Positions 1 to 8,473 of a stretch of DNA of 64,000 nt are shown one piece after another. Under the pieces are notes generated by a model. The model was not told the origin of the DNA. It made no database searches and saw only the letters and a list, made by a program, of their open reading frames with translations. The number at the start of each line of letters is the position of its first letter. The first letter of the stretch is position 1. The DNA is from an uncultured bacterium (GTDB taxonomy: Bacteria; Patescibacteriota; Minisyncoccia; Phycocordibacterales; Phycocordibacteraceae), in assembly GCA_937879955.1 (NCBI GenBank), contig CALFMK010000003.1, forward strand, positions 12,581-76,580, given 5' to 3'. Position numbers and translations under genes: made by a program.

Positions 1-149
1 CCTGCGGTCGCGAATACGATCGCCTCGGGGTAGTCGTGCGCGATCGCGGCCGCCTCCTTGCAGACGAGCTCGGTCTCGGGCCCTGCCTCCACGCCGTGGC
101 CGGTGCGCTTGAGATCGGCAGCCACGACCATGATGATCCTTTGGTGCAC
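1..149 (-). CDS. hypothetical protein (3' partial at window edge); GTG start preceded by GGAGG
   Basis: Reverse-strand ORF MHQRIIMVVAADLKRTGHGVEAGPETELVCKEAAAIAHDYPEAIVFATA... runs off the window; SD GGAGG lies 6 nt upstream of GTG. No family recognised. Confidence 0.35.
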   Translation of the reverse strand, partial: MHQRIIMVVAADLKRTGHGVEAGPETELVCKEAAAIAHDYPEAIVFATA

Positions 150-250
150 GAAGCACCTCCTTTCCAGAAACTACGAATGTTCTCCCTGGGAACATTATAC
201 TATTTAAATTAGCAATGGTCAAAGCACCCGCAGCCCTCGCATCGAGAGCG

Positions 251-436
251 ATATGCGGGTAGGGTAGGGATATGAACGAACCCGGGACCCTCTCCGTCGT
301 CGCGACCCCTATCGGCAACCTCGCTGATATCACGCTGCGCGCGCTCGATACCCTCAAGAGCGCGGACGCGATCGCCTGCGAGGACACTCGCGTTACCGCG
401 AAGCTGCTCGCGCGCTATGACATACAGAAGCCGTTT
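251..436. repeat. Direct repeat copy A (~186 bp, near-identical to 1492..1677) containing the rsmI promoter/start and first ~50 codons
   Basis: Read directly: cgatatgcgggtagggtag...gacatacagaagccg occurs at 251 and again at 1492 with only a few mismatches. Confidence 0.9.
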
Positions 437-523
437 CGTTCGACGAGATACGCGAGATGCTCGAGGCCGGGCCGGTTTGCGGGAGATACCTACAGGATCA
501 CCGACCAGCTCGAGAAGGAATAG
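272..523 (+). pseudogene. Truncated duplicate of rsmI 5' end (first ~50 codons, then out-of-context tail)
   Basis: N-terminus [54 protein letters not shown] is identical to the full RsmI at 1514, then diverges into an unrelated 30 aa and stops. Confidence 0.7.
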
Positions 524-526
524 GGA

Positions 527-552
527 AAGGCCGGTCCCTGAGGGCCGGCCTT
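527..552. terminator. GC-rich hairpin (aaggccgg...ccggcctt), bidirectional terminator between the rsmI fragment and the convergent pgeF-like gene
   Basis: Inverted repeat seen in sequence, followed by TTT. Confidence 0.5.
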
Positions 553-556
553 TGAG

Positions 557-1387
557 TTATGCACGTCGCACGACGCCTACGAGGTTGCGTGCTTCGCCCG
601 TGAGCGCAAAGCCGTCTGTAGAGCGAAGTGTGCCTTTTGTGCTCACGTGTCCGAATCCGAGCGCTGCCGCGAAGCCGGTGGCGATGGCCGCGATGTCAAT
701 GGAGCCCATCTTGCGATTCACACACGCACCGCCGACGTTTTCTTCGAGCCAGGAGAATAGCTTCGCGTTGAAGTCTATGTGCTCTGGATGATCGAGTGGG
801 TACCGGAACTCGTCTGGATGGATCGAGAACAGTACGTCGAGCGACACGTCCGCGAGATCGATACCTTTCCTGGTAAAGTCGTACGCGATGGCATGGATGA
901 TGCCTTCGCGCGTGCGCGATGGCCTGCCCGTCCTTATCCGTTTCTGATCGACGAGCGATCCGAGTCCGGCGTGGGCCGCGACCATATGTTCGCAGCCGGA
1001 AGCGACGACCAACGCGCAGCCGCGGGTGCTCATGGCGAAGCCCTGAGTCTCTCCGAGTGCGCAGCCGTCGGCTTGCCCTGCGGACATAACGCGGACCAAG
1101 GTCCGATCTGTAAGCGCCACTTCTACATCGAACGATTCGCGCGGGACGATCAGTCCGCTATGGTGGCCGACGTTTGGTACGAACACTCTCTCTGCGGAAT
1201 ACTCTTCGAACGCGCGTGCGAGGTGGGTCTTGATGTCCGAAGCTGCTTCAGGGTGGCACATAATGTCGGGTGGCCAGAGCGTGAGTGATCTGCTGTTCGG
1301 GGGAAGACAGAAGGCGACATAGCGTCCCCGTTCGTTGCCTCCCTCGAACACAAGCGCCTCATGCGCTTGTGACGGAGTATCGAGCAT
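557..1387 (-). CDS. PgeF/YfiH family (DUF152, laccase-domain / purine nucleoside phosphorylase-like) protein
   Basis: 276 aa; segment ...CALVVASGCEHMVAAHAGLGSL... resembles the YfiH Cys/His motif region (TADCLPV...AAAHAGWRGL). Lies between the two rsmI 5' copies. Confidence 0.5.
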   Translation of the reverse strand: MLDTPSQAHEALVFEGGNERGRYVAFCLPPNSRSLTLWPPDIMCHPEAASDIKTHLARAFEEYSAERVFVPNVGHHSGLIVPRESFDVEVALTDRTLVRVMSAGQADGCALGETQGFAMSTRGCALVVASGCEHMVAAHAGLGSLVDQKRIRTGRPSRTREGIIHAIAYDFTRKGIDLADVSLDVLFSIHPDEFRYPLDHPEHIDFNAKLFSWLEENVGGACVNRKMGSIDIAAIATGFAAALGFGHVSTKGTLRSTDGFALTGEARNLVGVVRRA

Positions 1388-1491
1388 TATCCTTCTCCGT
1401 GATGGTTGGAACAGTCCGGACGAACCTTAGTATAGATACGCACCGCTGTCGATTCTTGGCTCTCTATGGGCCGGATGCTCGCATTAAGGAC

Positions 1492-1677
1492 GATATGCGG
1501 GTAGGGTAGAGCCATGAACGAACCCGGAACCCTCTCCGTCGTCGCGACCCCTATCGGCAACCTCGCTGATATCACGCTGCGCGCGCTCGATACCCTCAAG
1601 AGCGCGGACGCGATCGCCTGCGAGGACACTCGCGTTACCGCGAAGCTGCTCGCGCGCTATGACATACAGAAGCCGCT
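1492..1677. repeat. Direct repeat copy B (the functional rsmI 5' region)
   Basis: Near-identical to 251..436. Confidence 0.9.
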
Positions 1678-2203
1678 CCTCATATTCCATGCGCAGAGCG
1701 GACGCCATGCATCGAGCCGCATCCTGCAGCTTCTTGCGGAAGGGAAGCGCGTCGCGCTCGTGACGGATGCCGGGACGCCCGGGATCTCTGACCCTGGCAG
1801 CGCGCTCGTGCGCGAGGTACGCGACACGCTCAAGGACGAGGTGCGCATCGAGACCATCCCGGGGTCGTCCGCGGTCGCGGCCGCGCTTTCGATTGCCGGC
1901 GTGCCTACCGACGAGTTCACGTTCCTCGGGTTCCTCCCGCACAAGAAGGGACGGCAGACCCTCTTCAAGGAGATCGCAGACTCTGCGCGCACCATGGTCT
2001 TCTACGAGTCCCCGCACCGCATCGAGAAGGCGCTCGCCTCGCTCGCGGAGGTGCTCGAGGGCGAGAGGCGGGTGATCGTCCTGCGCGAGCTCACGAAGCT
2101 CTACGAGGCGTTCCAGGAAGGCACGGCCGCGGAGCTCGCCGCCTATTTCAAGGAGCATCAGGACCAGGTCCGAGGCGAGTTCGTGGTCATCGTGACGCCG
2201 TAA
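1514..2203 (+). CDS. rsmI: 16S rRNA (cytidine1402-2'-O)-methyltransferase RsmI (tetrapyrrole methylase family)
   Basis: 229 aa; [32 protein letters not shown] motifs typical of RsmI. Confidence 0.85.
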   Translation: MNEPGTLSVVATPIGNLADITLRALDTLKSADAIACEDTRVTAKLLARYDIQKPLLIFHAQSGRHASSRILQLLAEGKRVALVTDAGTPGISDPGSALVREVRDTLKDEVRIETIPGSSAVAAALSIAGVPTDEFTFLGFLPHKKGRQTLFKEIADSARTMVFYESPHRIEKALASLAEVLEGERRVIVLRELTKLYEAFQEGTAAELAAYFKEHQDQVRGEFVVIVTP

Positions 2204-2214
2204 TCTAGGACGGG

Positions 2215-2220
2215 TATACT
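2215..2220 (+). promoter_or_regulatory. -10-like TATACT box 6 nt upstream of the ATG at 2227 (leaderless-type promoter)
   Basis: gggTATACTaggcgcATG; no SD. Confidence 0.4.
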
Positions 2221-2226
2221 AGGCGC

Positions 2227-2430
2227 ATGTCCCGAAGCCTCATGCTCATCGTGCTCGGCGTCCTCGTCGCGCTCGCGCCGTTCTCCGGTCTCCCGATGGC
2301 GATCCTCGCCTGGATACTCCCGGTCCTCGGCCTCGGTATCGTCGCCATCGGCGTCTCGTACAAGCGCGAGCGCATGCGACAGGAGCGCCCGACGCCTACT
2401 CATGAAGAATCTCTATCCGCATCTGCGTAA
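2227..2430 (+). CDS. small membrane protein (two predicted TM helices)
   Basis: 67 aa, hydrophobic LMLIVLGVLVALAPF / ILAWILPVLGLGIVAIGV; leaderless-type promoter directly upstream. Confidence 0.45.
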   Translation: MSRSLMLIVLGVLVALAPFSGLPMAILAWILPVLGLGIVAIGVSYKRERMRQERPTPTHEESLSASA

Positions 2431-3487
2431 TCCGCTCTCCATCATCCTCGCCCTCGGCGCGCTCGTGCTCCTGATGGGGCTCCTTGTCATACCGCACGCG
2501 TCCGCCGTGCGCTTCGACCGCAGCAACCCCGGGACCGCCTCCTCGACCATCGAGGCGATCTTCACGAAGGAGCCCGCGAAGCCTGCCTTCGACGAGAAAG
2601 CGTATGACGCCAAGATGCTCTCGATCGCGAACTACGCGTCGACGACCTCGACCACCACGAAGCGCCTCTATCCCGTGAAGGCGCCGTATCCGAAGGCGGG
2701 CGCCATCCTCCCGTTCAACCGCATCATCGCGTACTACGGCAACTTCTACTCGAAGGGCATGGGCGTGCTCGGCGAGTACGACGAGGCGACGATGCTCTCG
2801 ATGCTGAAGCGCGAGCAGCAGAAGTGGGAGGCCGCGGACCCTGAGACGCCGACGGTTCCCGCCATAAACTACATCGCTATCACGGCGCAGGAATCGCCGG
2901 GCAAGGAGGGGAAGTATCTGCTCCGCATGCCGGACTCCCAGATAGACAAGGCCATCGAGATCGCGAACAAGCTCCCGAACGGCATCGTGATCCTGGACAT
3001 CCAGATCGGCTTCTCGTCGCTCGAGCACGAGCTCCCGATGCTCGAGAAGTACCTCGCCATGCCGAACGTGCACCTGGGCCTCGACCCGGAGTTCCATATG
3101 ATTGGGAACGATCCGCCCGGCCATGTCATCGGCTCATACGACGCGAAGGACATCAACTACGCCGCCGAGTACATGGCGAAGCTCGTACGCGAGCACGACC
3201 TGCCGCCGAAGGTGCTCATCGTGCATCGCTTCACGCAGCGCATGGTCACGAACTACCAGAACATAAAGCCGCTTCCTGAGGTCCAGATCGTCATGGACAT
3301 GGACGGCTGGGGCGATCCGGCGAAGAAGATAAATACGTACAAGGGATTCGTCGCGCCGGAGCCCGTCCAGTTCACCGGCTTCAAGCTCTTCTATAAGAAC
3401 GACCTCAAGCCGCCGTCCACGCGCCTCCTCACGCCTGCCGAGCTCCTGAAGCTCACGCCGCAGCCGATGTTCATCCAGTACCAGTAG
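2402..3487 (+). CDS. secreted/membrane-anchored hypothetical protein (N-terminal signal/TM; possible TIM-barrel hydrolase-like, unassigned)
   Basis: 361 aa, N-terminal hydrophobic LSIILALGALVLLMGLLVIPHASA; no confident family match. Confidence 0.5.
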   Translation: MKNLYPHLRNPLSIILALGALVLLMGLLVIPHASAVRFDRSNPGTASSTIEAIFTKEPAKPAFDEKAYDAKMLSIANYASTTSTTTKRLYPVKAPYPKAGAILPFNRIIAYYGNFYSKGMGVLGEYDEATMLSMLKREQQKWEAADPETPTVPAINYIAITAQESPGKEGKYLLRMPDSQIDKAIEIANKLPNGIVILDIQIGFSSLEHELPMLEKYLAMPNVHLGLDPEFHMIGNDPPGHVIGSYDAKDINYAAEYMAKLVREHDLPPKVLIVHRFTQRMVTNYQNIKPLPEVQIVMDMDGWGDPAKKINTYKGFVAPEPVQFTGFKLFYKNDLKPPSTRLLTPAELLKLTPQPMFIQYQ

Positions 3488-3565
3488 ACCCTGTACAAAT
3501 AGTGGAATCAGCGTACTGTTCGTCCCAGAAGGGCCGCTCCGGCCCTATGAACCGGGAGGAATCGC

Positions 3566-3808
3566 GTGAGAGACATCGAAGAGCTGACCACCATTCCTGA
3601 GCTCGAGGACGCGTACGGCGACGCGGTCCGGAACATGGATCGGAATGTGATACGCCGGATCGAGAGCGAGGACTTCCAGGAAGGGGAGTCCGATTCTCCG
3701 CTCGTGAAGGCCGCGCGGACGCTGTGGACGAGGCTCATGGCCGCGAAGCTCGCTTCGAGCGGGGCCGTCGTCGACGAATCGGGCGCGCTCGTCTCGCATC
3801 CTGTCTGA
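3566..3808 (+). CDS. hypothetical small acidic protein (GTG start, strong SD)
   Basis: 80 aa; GGAGG 6 nt upstream of GTG; followed by a strong intrinsic terminator. Confidence 0.5.
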   Translation: MRDIEELTTIPELEDAYGDAVRNMDRNVIRRIESEDFQEGESDSPLVKAARTLWTRLMAAKLASSGAVVDESGALVSHPV

Positions 3809-3834
3809 GTCGCCGCATGGCCGGAATCATCCAA

Positions 3835-3866
3835 GGGCCCGCGTATCGCGCGGGCCCTTTCTTTCT
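3835..3866 (+). terminator. Rho-independent terminator (gggcccgcg-tatc-cgcgggccc + TTTCTTTCT)
   Basis: Perfect 9-bp GC stem and T-rich tail seen in sequence. Confidence 0.75.
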
Positions 3867-3961
3867 GCCTTGCGGCCAATGCTAGGCAAATCCGGAAAAG
3901 GGCGTATCGTTATGTCCGGGAGTCGCGGCACGTCGCCGCACAGCTAGAAGAGGAGTCCGTC

Positions 3962-4285
3962 ATGAGTATCGATCTCGCGTACCCTCCAGGATGTAGCTTC
4001 CTCGTACCGGCCGATTCTGACCGGAAAGACGTCCTGTTCGGGGATTCGACCGAGTCGGGCCTGACGCTGGCCGAGCTGGCCTACGACAGGGCCATCTTCG
4101 GCCTCGATGCCGGCCGCCTGATGGCGATCGGCGATCCGAAGGTTCCTGACGACGCGCTCTCCGGAGCCGAGGCCAACGCTCGCCGCTGCCTCAGGGCCGT
4201 CTCCGCCGATCGGCAGATGCCGTCCGATGCTCTGGTCGGCCTGATCGGTGCGCCGTCGACGCTGCTCGACGTCACGCTGCACTGA
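3962..4285 (+). CDS. hypothetical protein
   Basis: 107 aa; GAGGAG SD 5 nt upstream of ATG; followed by a terminator. Confidence 0.5.
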   Translation: MSIDLAYPPGCSFLVPADSDRKDVLFGDSTESGLTLAELAYDRAIFGLDAGRLMAIGDPKVPDDALSGAEANARRCLRAVSADRQMPSDALVGLIGAPSTLLDVTLH

Positions 4286-4307
4286 TCCTGTCGCGTAAGA
4301 ATCTGAA

Positions 4308-4340
4308 GGGCTCGCGCATCCTGCGCGGGCCCTTTCTGTA
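4308..4340 (+). terminator. Rho-independent terminator (gggctcgcgca-tcc-tgcgcgggccc + TTTCTGT)
   Basis: GC stem with one mismatch, T-rich tail; closely resembles the terminator at 3835. Confidence 0.7.
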
Positions 4341-4365
4341 TTCCCGGTGTCCATACCGCATCCGG

Positions 4366-4371
4366 TATACT
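4366..4371 (+). promoter_or_regulatory. -10-like TATACT 10 nt upstream of the ATG at 4382
   Basis: ccggTATACTgtcgtaacctATG. Confidence 0.4.
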
Positions 4372-4381
4372 GTCGTAACCT

Positions 4382-5770
4382 ATGATCCCGAACAACTCTC
4401 CCTGGCTCGCACAGCTCAACCGCACCCGTCCTGTCGTCCCGCTCTCGAGCGACATAGCCACGGACGTGCTCATCGTGGGCGGCGGCATCGCGGGCGCGTC
4501 GACCGCGTACTTCGCGCTCAAGGACACGCTCGACTCGGTCGTGCTCGTCGAAGCGGACCGCGTGGCGCACGGCGCGACCGGCCACAACGCCGGGCAGGTC
4601 GTGTCGTACTTCGAGCGCCCGTTCGAGACGATCGTGAAGGAGTTCGGCATGGAGATGGCGAACGAGGGGCAGCGCGCCATCGAGTCTGCCTGGGGGCTCA
4701 TCGACGAGATCGTGGCGGACGCGAAGCTGCGCACGCCGCTCTATCGCTTCACCGGCTATGCCGGTTGCTCGACGCTCGAGCAGCTCGTCGAGCATCTCGA
4801 GGAGAACAAGGATCGGGTCGCGGGCGGCCTCATGAACGACACGGTGCTCGTGGCAGAAGAGTCCGGGTGGCAGGAGGAGCTCCCGCTCGAGTACAAGGAC
4901 CTCTACTCCGTCGTGCCGCAGGCGGACATCCTCGGCCTCCTCGAGACGCAGGACACCCGCTATATGGCTTCCATCTCGAGCCAGAAGGGATGCATGAACA
5001 GCGCGCTCTTCACCGAGGAGCTCATCGGCTACCTGCTTGCAGCCTATCCGGGACGGTTCAGCCTCTACGAGGAGAGCCCGGTATCGAAGGTCTCGCTCGC
5101 CGAGGATCGCGCGCGGGCCCTGGTACGCGAGCACGCGATCGAGGCGCGCCGCGTGGTGCTGTGCACCAACGGGTTCGAGCAGTTCCATATCGAGAACGGG
5201 TCGGGGAGCGATATCGACACGAAGTTCCATCATCTGGTCCAGGGACGTATCGGCTACATGGCGGCGTACCTCGAGTCCATGAACGCCTCGCCGACGGCCA
5301 TAAGCTATTTCCCGAAGGACGCTACCGTCTCGGGCGACCCGACCGGTGAGGCCTACTTCTACCTCACGCGCCGGCCGCACGGCGAGGATGTCGGCGAAGC
5401 GAAGAACCTGGTGTGCGCCGGCGGTCCCGAGCAGGTGCTGCCGAACCAGGCGCTCTACACCCGCGAGGAGCACTGCCGCGAGGACATCCGTGAGTCGCTC
5501 GACGACTTCCTCCGGACGACCTATCGCCATTATCCGGACCCGGGAACCGAGTATGCGTTCTCCTGGCACGGCCTCATGGGGTACACGCCCGGCGGGCTCC
5601 GCCGCATCGGCATCGAGCCGTGCAATCCGGTCCTCCTCTACAACCTTGGCTGCAACGGCGTGGGCATCCTGCCGTCGATATACGGCGGGAAGCGCATAGC
5701 CCGCATCCTCGCGGGAGAAGTGCTCGAGCGCTCCATATTCGACCCTGCCGACCAGCGCTGCATGGTCTAG
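4382..5770 (+). CDS. FAD-dependent oxidoreductase (DAO/glycine-oxidase-like family)
   Basis: 462 aa; N-terminal Rossmann DVLIVGGGIAGASTAY (GxGxxG) with a long DAO-like body. Confidence 0.65.
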   Translation: MIPNNSPWLAQLNRTRPVVPLSSDIATDVLIVGGGIAGASTAYFALKDTLDSVVLVEADRVAHGATGHNAGQVVSYFERPFETIVKEFGMEMANEGQRAIESAWGLIDEIVADAKLRTPLYRFTGYAGCSTLEQLVEHLEENKDRVAGGLMNDTVLVAEESGWQEELPLEYKDLYSVVPQADILGLLETQDTRYMASISSQKGCMNSALFTEELIGYLLAAYPGRFSLYEESPVSKVSLAEDRARALVREHAIEARRVVLCTNGFEQFHIENGSGSDIDTKFHHLVQGRIGYMAAYLESMNASPTAISYFPKDATVSGDPTGEAYFYLTRRPHGEDVGEAKNLVCAGGPEQVLPNQALYTREEHCREDIRESLDDFLRTTYRHYPDPGTEYAFSWHGLMGYTPGGLRRIGIEPCNPVLLYNLGCNGVGILPSIYGGKRIARILAGEVLERSIFDPADQRCMV

Positions 5771-5789
5771 GGCGCGCTATACTCTTCGT
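5771..5789 (+). promoter_or_regulatory. Promoter module gggcgcgcTATACTcttcgta, identical to the module at 55046..55066 upstream of a pilin gene
   Basis: 21-nt identical string at both loci, ending 0-1 nt before the start codon. Confidence 0.5.
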
Positions 5790-7574
5790 ATGGAGAATCC
5801 GGACCGCGTGACCTATTTCGGAGCCACCGACGCGCGCGGCAAGCGCGTGCCGTTCGGCATCAAGGCCAAGGACCGCGCCCGCCACATGTACGTGATCGGG
5901 AAGACGGGTATGGGGAAGTCGACCCTGCTCGAGAACATGGCGATACAGGACATCCGGAACGGGGAGGGCATGGCCTTCATCGATCCGCACGGCTCGGCCG
6001 TGGAGAAGCTCCTCGATTTCATACCGGCGGACCGCGTGAAGGACGTGGTGTACTTCGCGCCGTTCGACCTCGAGCACCCGATGGCGTTCAACGTGATGGA
6101 GGACGTGGGCTACGACAAGCGCCACCTCGTGACCTCGGGCCTCATGGCCACCTTCAAGAAGATCTGGGAGGACGCCTGGTCCGCGCGCATGGAGTACATC
6201 CTCACGAACACCATCCTCGCGCTCCTCGAGTACCCGGGTGCGACGCTGCTCGGCGTGAACCGCATGTACACCGACAAGGCCTATCGCACGAAGGTGGTGG
6301 ACAACATCAAGGACCCGGTGGTGCGCTCCTTCTGGGTGGACGAGTTCGCGAAGTACACCGACAAGTTCGCGGCCGAGGCGACGCCGGCGATCCAGAACAA
6401 GATCGGGCAGTTCACGTCGAACCCGCTCATCCGCAATATCATCGGCCAGCCGAACTCTTCTTTTGATATCCGCGACCTCATGGACCGGAAGAAGATCCTC
6501 CTCATCAACCTCTCGAAGGGACTGGTGGGCGACACGAATATGCGCCTCCTCGGTTCCATGCTCACCACCCGCATCTTCCTCGGCGCGATGAGCCGCGCGA
6601 ACCTGCCGAGCGCGGAGCTCGCGAAGGCGCCGAACTTCTACTTCTACGTGGACGAGTTCCAGAACTTCGCGAACGAGAGCTTCGCGGACATCCTGTCGGA
6701 GGCCCGCAAGTACCGCCTCAACCTCCTCATCGCGCACCAGTACGTCGCGCAGATGGAAGAGGAGGTGCAGGCCGCCGTCTTCGGCAACGTGGGCACCACG
6801 GTCTCGTTCCGCGTAGGTCCGCTCGATGCCGAGCTCATGGAGAAGGTATTCACGCCCGAGTTCGTGCAGGAGGACCTCGTGAATCTCGGGTTCGCGCAGA
6901 TCTACCTCTCGCTCATGATCGATGGCATCGGCTCGCGCCCGTTCTCCGCGACCACCATACCGCCGATCGAGGCGCCGGCCCGCTCGTACCGTACCGAAGT
7001 GCTCGAGAGCTCGCGCGCGACGTTCGGCGCGCCGCGCGCGGAGGTGGAAGGGCGTATCTTCTCGGAGCTCGCCGAGGCCGAGACGCAGGCCAAGGAGGCG
7101 GCCGCGCTCGCCAAGTCGCAGCGCGACGCGAAGCGCATCGCGGAGGGAGGGGGACAGCCTCGCCCCGGAGACCGTCCGCCTCTGCGCCGTGACGATCGCC
7201 CGCAGCAGCGCCCTGACGCCCGTCCGCAGGCTCCTCGTACTGATCGTCCCCAGCAGCCTCGTCCTGAGCAGCGCCAGGAGCGTCCGGCGCCCCCTGCCGC
7301 CCACAAGACCGCAGACGACCTGAAGGCGATCCTGCGCGCTACGGTAGCGAACGCGGAACGGGACAAGCAGCGCAAGGACACCCGCAAGGAGTCCTCGCTC
7401 AAGGACGCGCTGCGTACGACGATAGACGCAGCGCCCGCGCCGAAGCCTGAGGAGCGTCCCCGTCCGGTCCAGGAGGAGCAGTCGCGCCCGACGCCTCCGC
7501 CGGATCCTATAACGCCGATGTCCGTGTTCGAGGTCCCGGAGGAGACCCTCCGCTCCTTGTTCAGGGACGTGTAA
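5790..7574 (+). CDS. VirD4/TraD/TraG-like type IV secretion coupling-protein-family ATPase (T4SS DNA-transfer domain) with a Pro/Arg/Gln-rich repetitive C-terminal tail
   Basis: 594 aa; Walker A YVIGKTGMGKST, IDPHG, Walker B FYVDEFQNF, LLIAHQY; C-terminal 150 aa low-complexity DRPQQRP-type degenerate repeats. Confidence 0.65.
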   Translation: MENPDRVTYFGATDARGKRVPFGIKAKDRARHMYVIGKTGMGKSTLLENMAIQDIRNGEGMAFIDPHGSAVEKLLDFIPADRVKDVVYFAPFDLEHPMAFNVMEDVGYDKRHLVTSGLMATFKKIWEDAWSARMEYILTNTILALLEYPGATLLGVNRMYTDKAYRTKVVDNIKDPVVRSFWVDEFAKYTDKFAAEATPAIQNKIGQFTSNPLIRNIIGQPNSSFDIRDLMDRKKILLINLSKGLVGDTNMRLLGSMLTTRIFLGAMSRANLPSAELAKAPNFYFYVDEFQNFANESFADILSEARKYRLNLLIAHQYVAQMEEEVQAAVFGNVGTTVSFRVGPLDAELMEKVFTPEFVQEDLVNLGFAQIYLSLMIDGIGSRPFSATTIPPIEAPARSYRTEVLESSRATFGAPRAEVEGRIFSELAEAETQAKEAAALAKSQRDAKRIAEGGGQPRPGDRPPLRRDDRPQQRPDARPQAPRTDRPQQPRPEQRQERPAPPAAHKTADDLKAILRATVANAERDKQRKDTRKESSLKDALRTTIDAAPAPKPEERPRPVQEEQSRPTPPPDPITPMSVFEVPEETLRSLFRDV

Positions 7575-7621
7575 TGCCTCCTGGTCCCGAGCCTGCGCCT
7601 GGGGTACTGTTTCCTATATAT

Positions 7622-8473
7622 ATGAAAAAGACCGTTCTCGTGACCGGTGGCGCTGGCTTCGTGGGGACGCACCTGTGCAAGCGGCTCCTCGCGGACGGCC
7701 ATAGCGTCATATCGCTCGACAACTATTTCACCGGGAGCCGTGAGAACCATATCGAGGGCGTCGAGTACCGCGAAGGGCACACCAAGGACATCGCAGCGCT
7801 GGTGCCAGAGACGCCCGATATCGTCTACCATCTGGGCGAGTATTCGCGTACCGAGCAGAGCCTCGAGGAGCCTGCTCTCGTATGGGACCTGAACGTGCGC
7901 GGCACGTTCGCGGTGCTCGAGTTCGTGCGAGAGAAGGGATCGAAGCTCGTCTATGCGGGCTCGTCGACGAAGTTCGCGGACGGCGGCATGGGCCGGGACC
8001 AGAGTCCGTACGCGTGGACCAAGGCCGCGAACACGGAGCTCGTGCGCAACTACGGCGACTGGTACGGCGTGCGCTTCGCCATCACCTATTTCTATAACGT
8101 ATACGGTCCGGGCGAGCGCGCCGGCACCTATGGCACGCTCATCGAGATCTTCCGGCAGAAGATGCTTGCGGGGCAGCCGCTCACGGTACGCATGCCGGGA
8201 ACGCAGGAGCGGCTCTTCACGCACGTGGATGACATCATCGACGGGCTCGTGCTCGTCGGCGAGAAGGGAGAAGGCGACGAGTTCGGGCTCGGATCGGACG
8301 AATCCTATTCGATCCTGGACGTTGCCAAGCTGTTCGGAGGCAGCATAGAGATGCTTCCGGACCGGAAGGGGAACCGCATGGGCGCGAAGCTCGATGCCAC
8401 GAAGTCCCATGCGCTCGGCTGGAAGGCGACGCGGCGCCTTGCCGACTACATAGCATCCGTCCGAAGCGCATGA
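7622..8473 (+). CDS. NAD-dependent epimerase/dehydratase (extended SDR; UDP-sugar epimerase/decarboxylase-like)
   Basis: VLVTGGAGFVGTHL Rossmann motif and YxxxK (YAWTK). Start moved to ATG 7622, 3 nt after a TATATAT box, rather than the ORF-track start at 7574. Confidence 0.75.
   Translation: MKKTVLVTGGAGFVGTHLCKRLLADGHSVISLDNYFTGSRENHIEGVEYREGHTKDIAALVPETPDIVYHLGEYSRTEQSLEEPALVWDLNVRGTFAVLEFVREKGSKLVYAGSSTKFADGGMGRDQSPYAWTKAANTELVRNYGDWYGVRFAITYFYNVYGPGERAGTYGTLIEIFRQKMLAGQPLTVRMPGTQERLFTHVDDIIDGLVLVGEKGEGDEFGLGSDESYSILDVAKLFGGSIEMLPDRKGNRMGAKLDATKSHALGWKATRRLADYIASVRSA

Noticed and set aside
1387-2158. Minus-strand ORFs 1387..1629 and 1484..2158 opposite rsmI
   Set aside because: Antisense shadow ORFs; rsmI on the plus strand is unambiguous.
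3529-3546. Short GC hairpin (gggccgctccggccc) after the 2402 gene as a terminator
   Set aside because: Only a ~5-bp stem and no T-rich tail; too weak to call.
3944-5569. 541-aa minus-strand ORF (and 4081..4734 -, 3508..3879 -) opposite the FAD-oxidoreductase gene and the small ORFs
   Set aside because: Arg/Ala/Gly-rich low-complexity translation typical of antisense shadow ORFs in high-GC DNA. It fully overlaps a well-supported plus-strand gene and has no motif or start context.
5574-7304. 576-aa minus-strand ORF opposite the VirD4-like ATPase gene
   Set aside because: Shadow ORF (R/L/G/A-rich); the plus-strand gene has clear Walker motifs.
6902-8410. 502-aa minus-strand ORF spanning the VirD4-like tail and the epimerase gene
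   Set aside because: Low-complexity Arg/Ser/Gly translation; overlaps two supported plus-strand genes.
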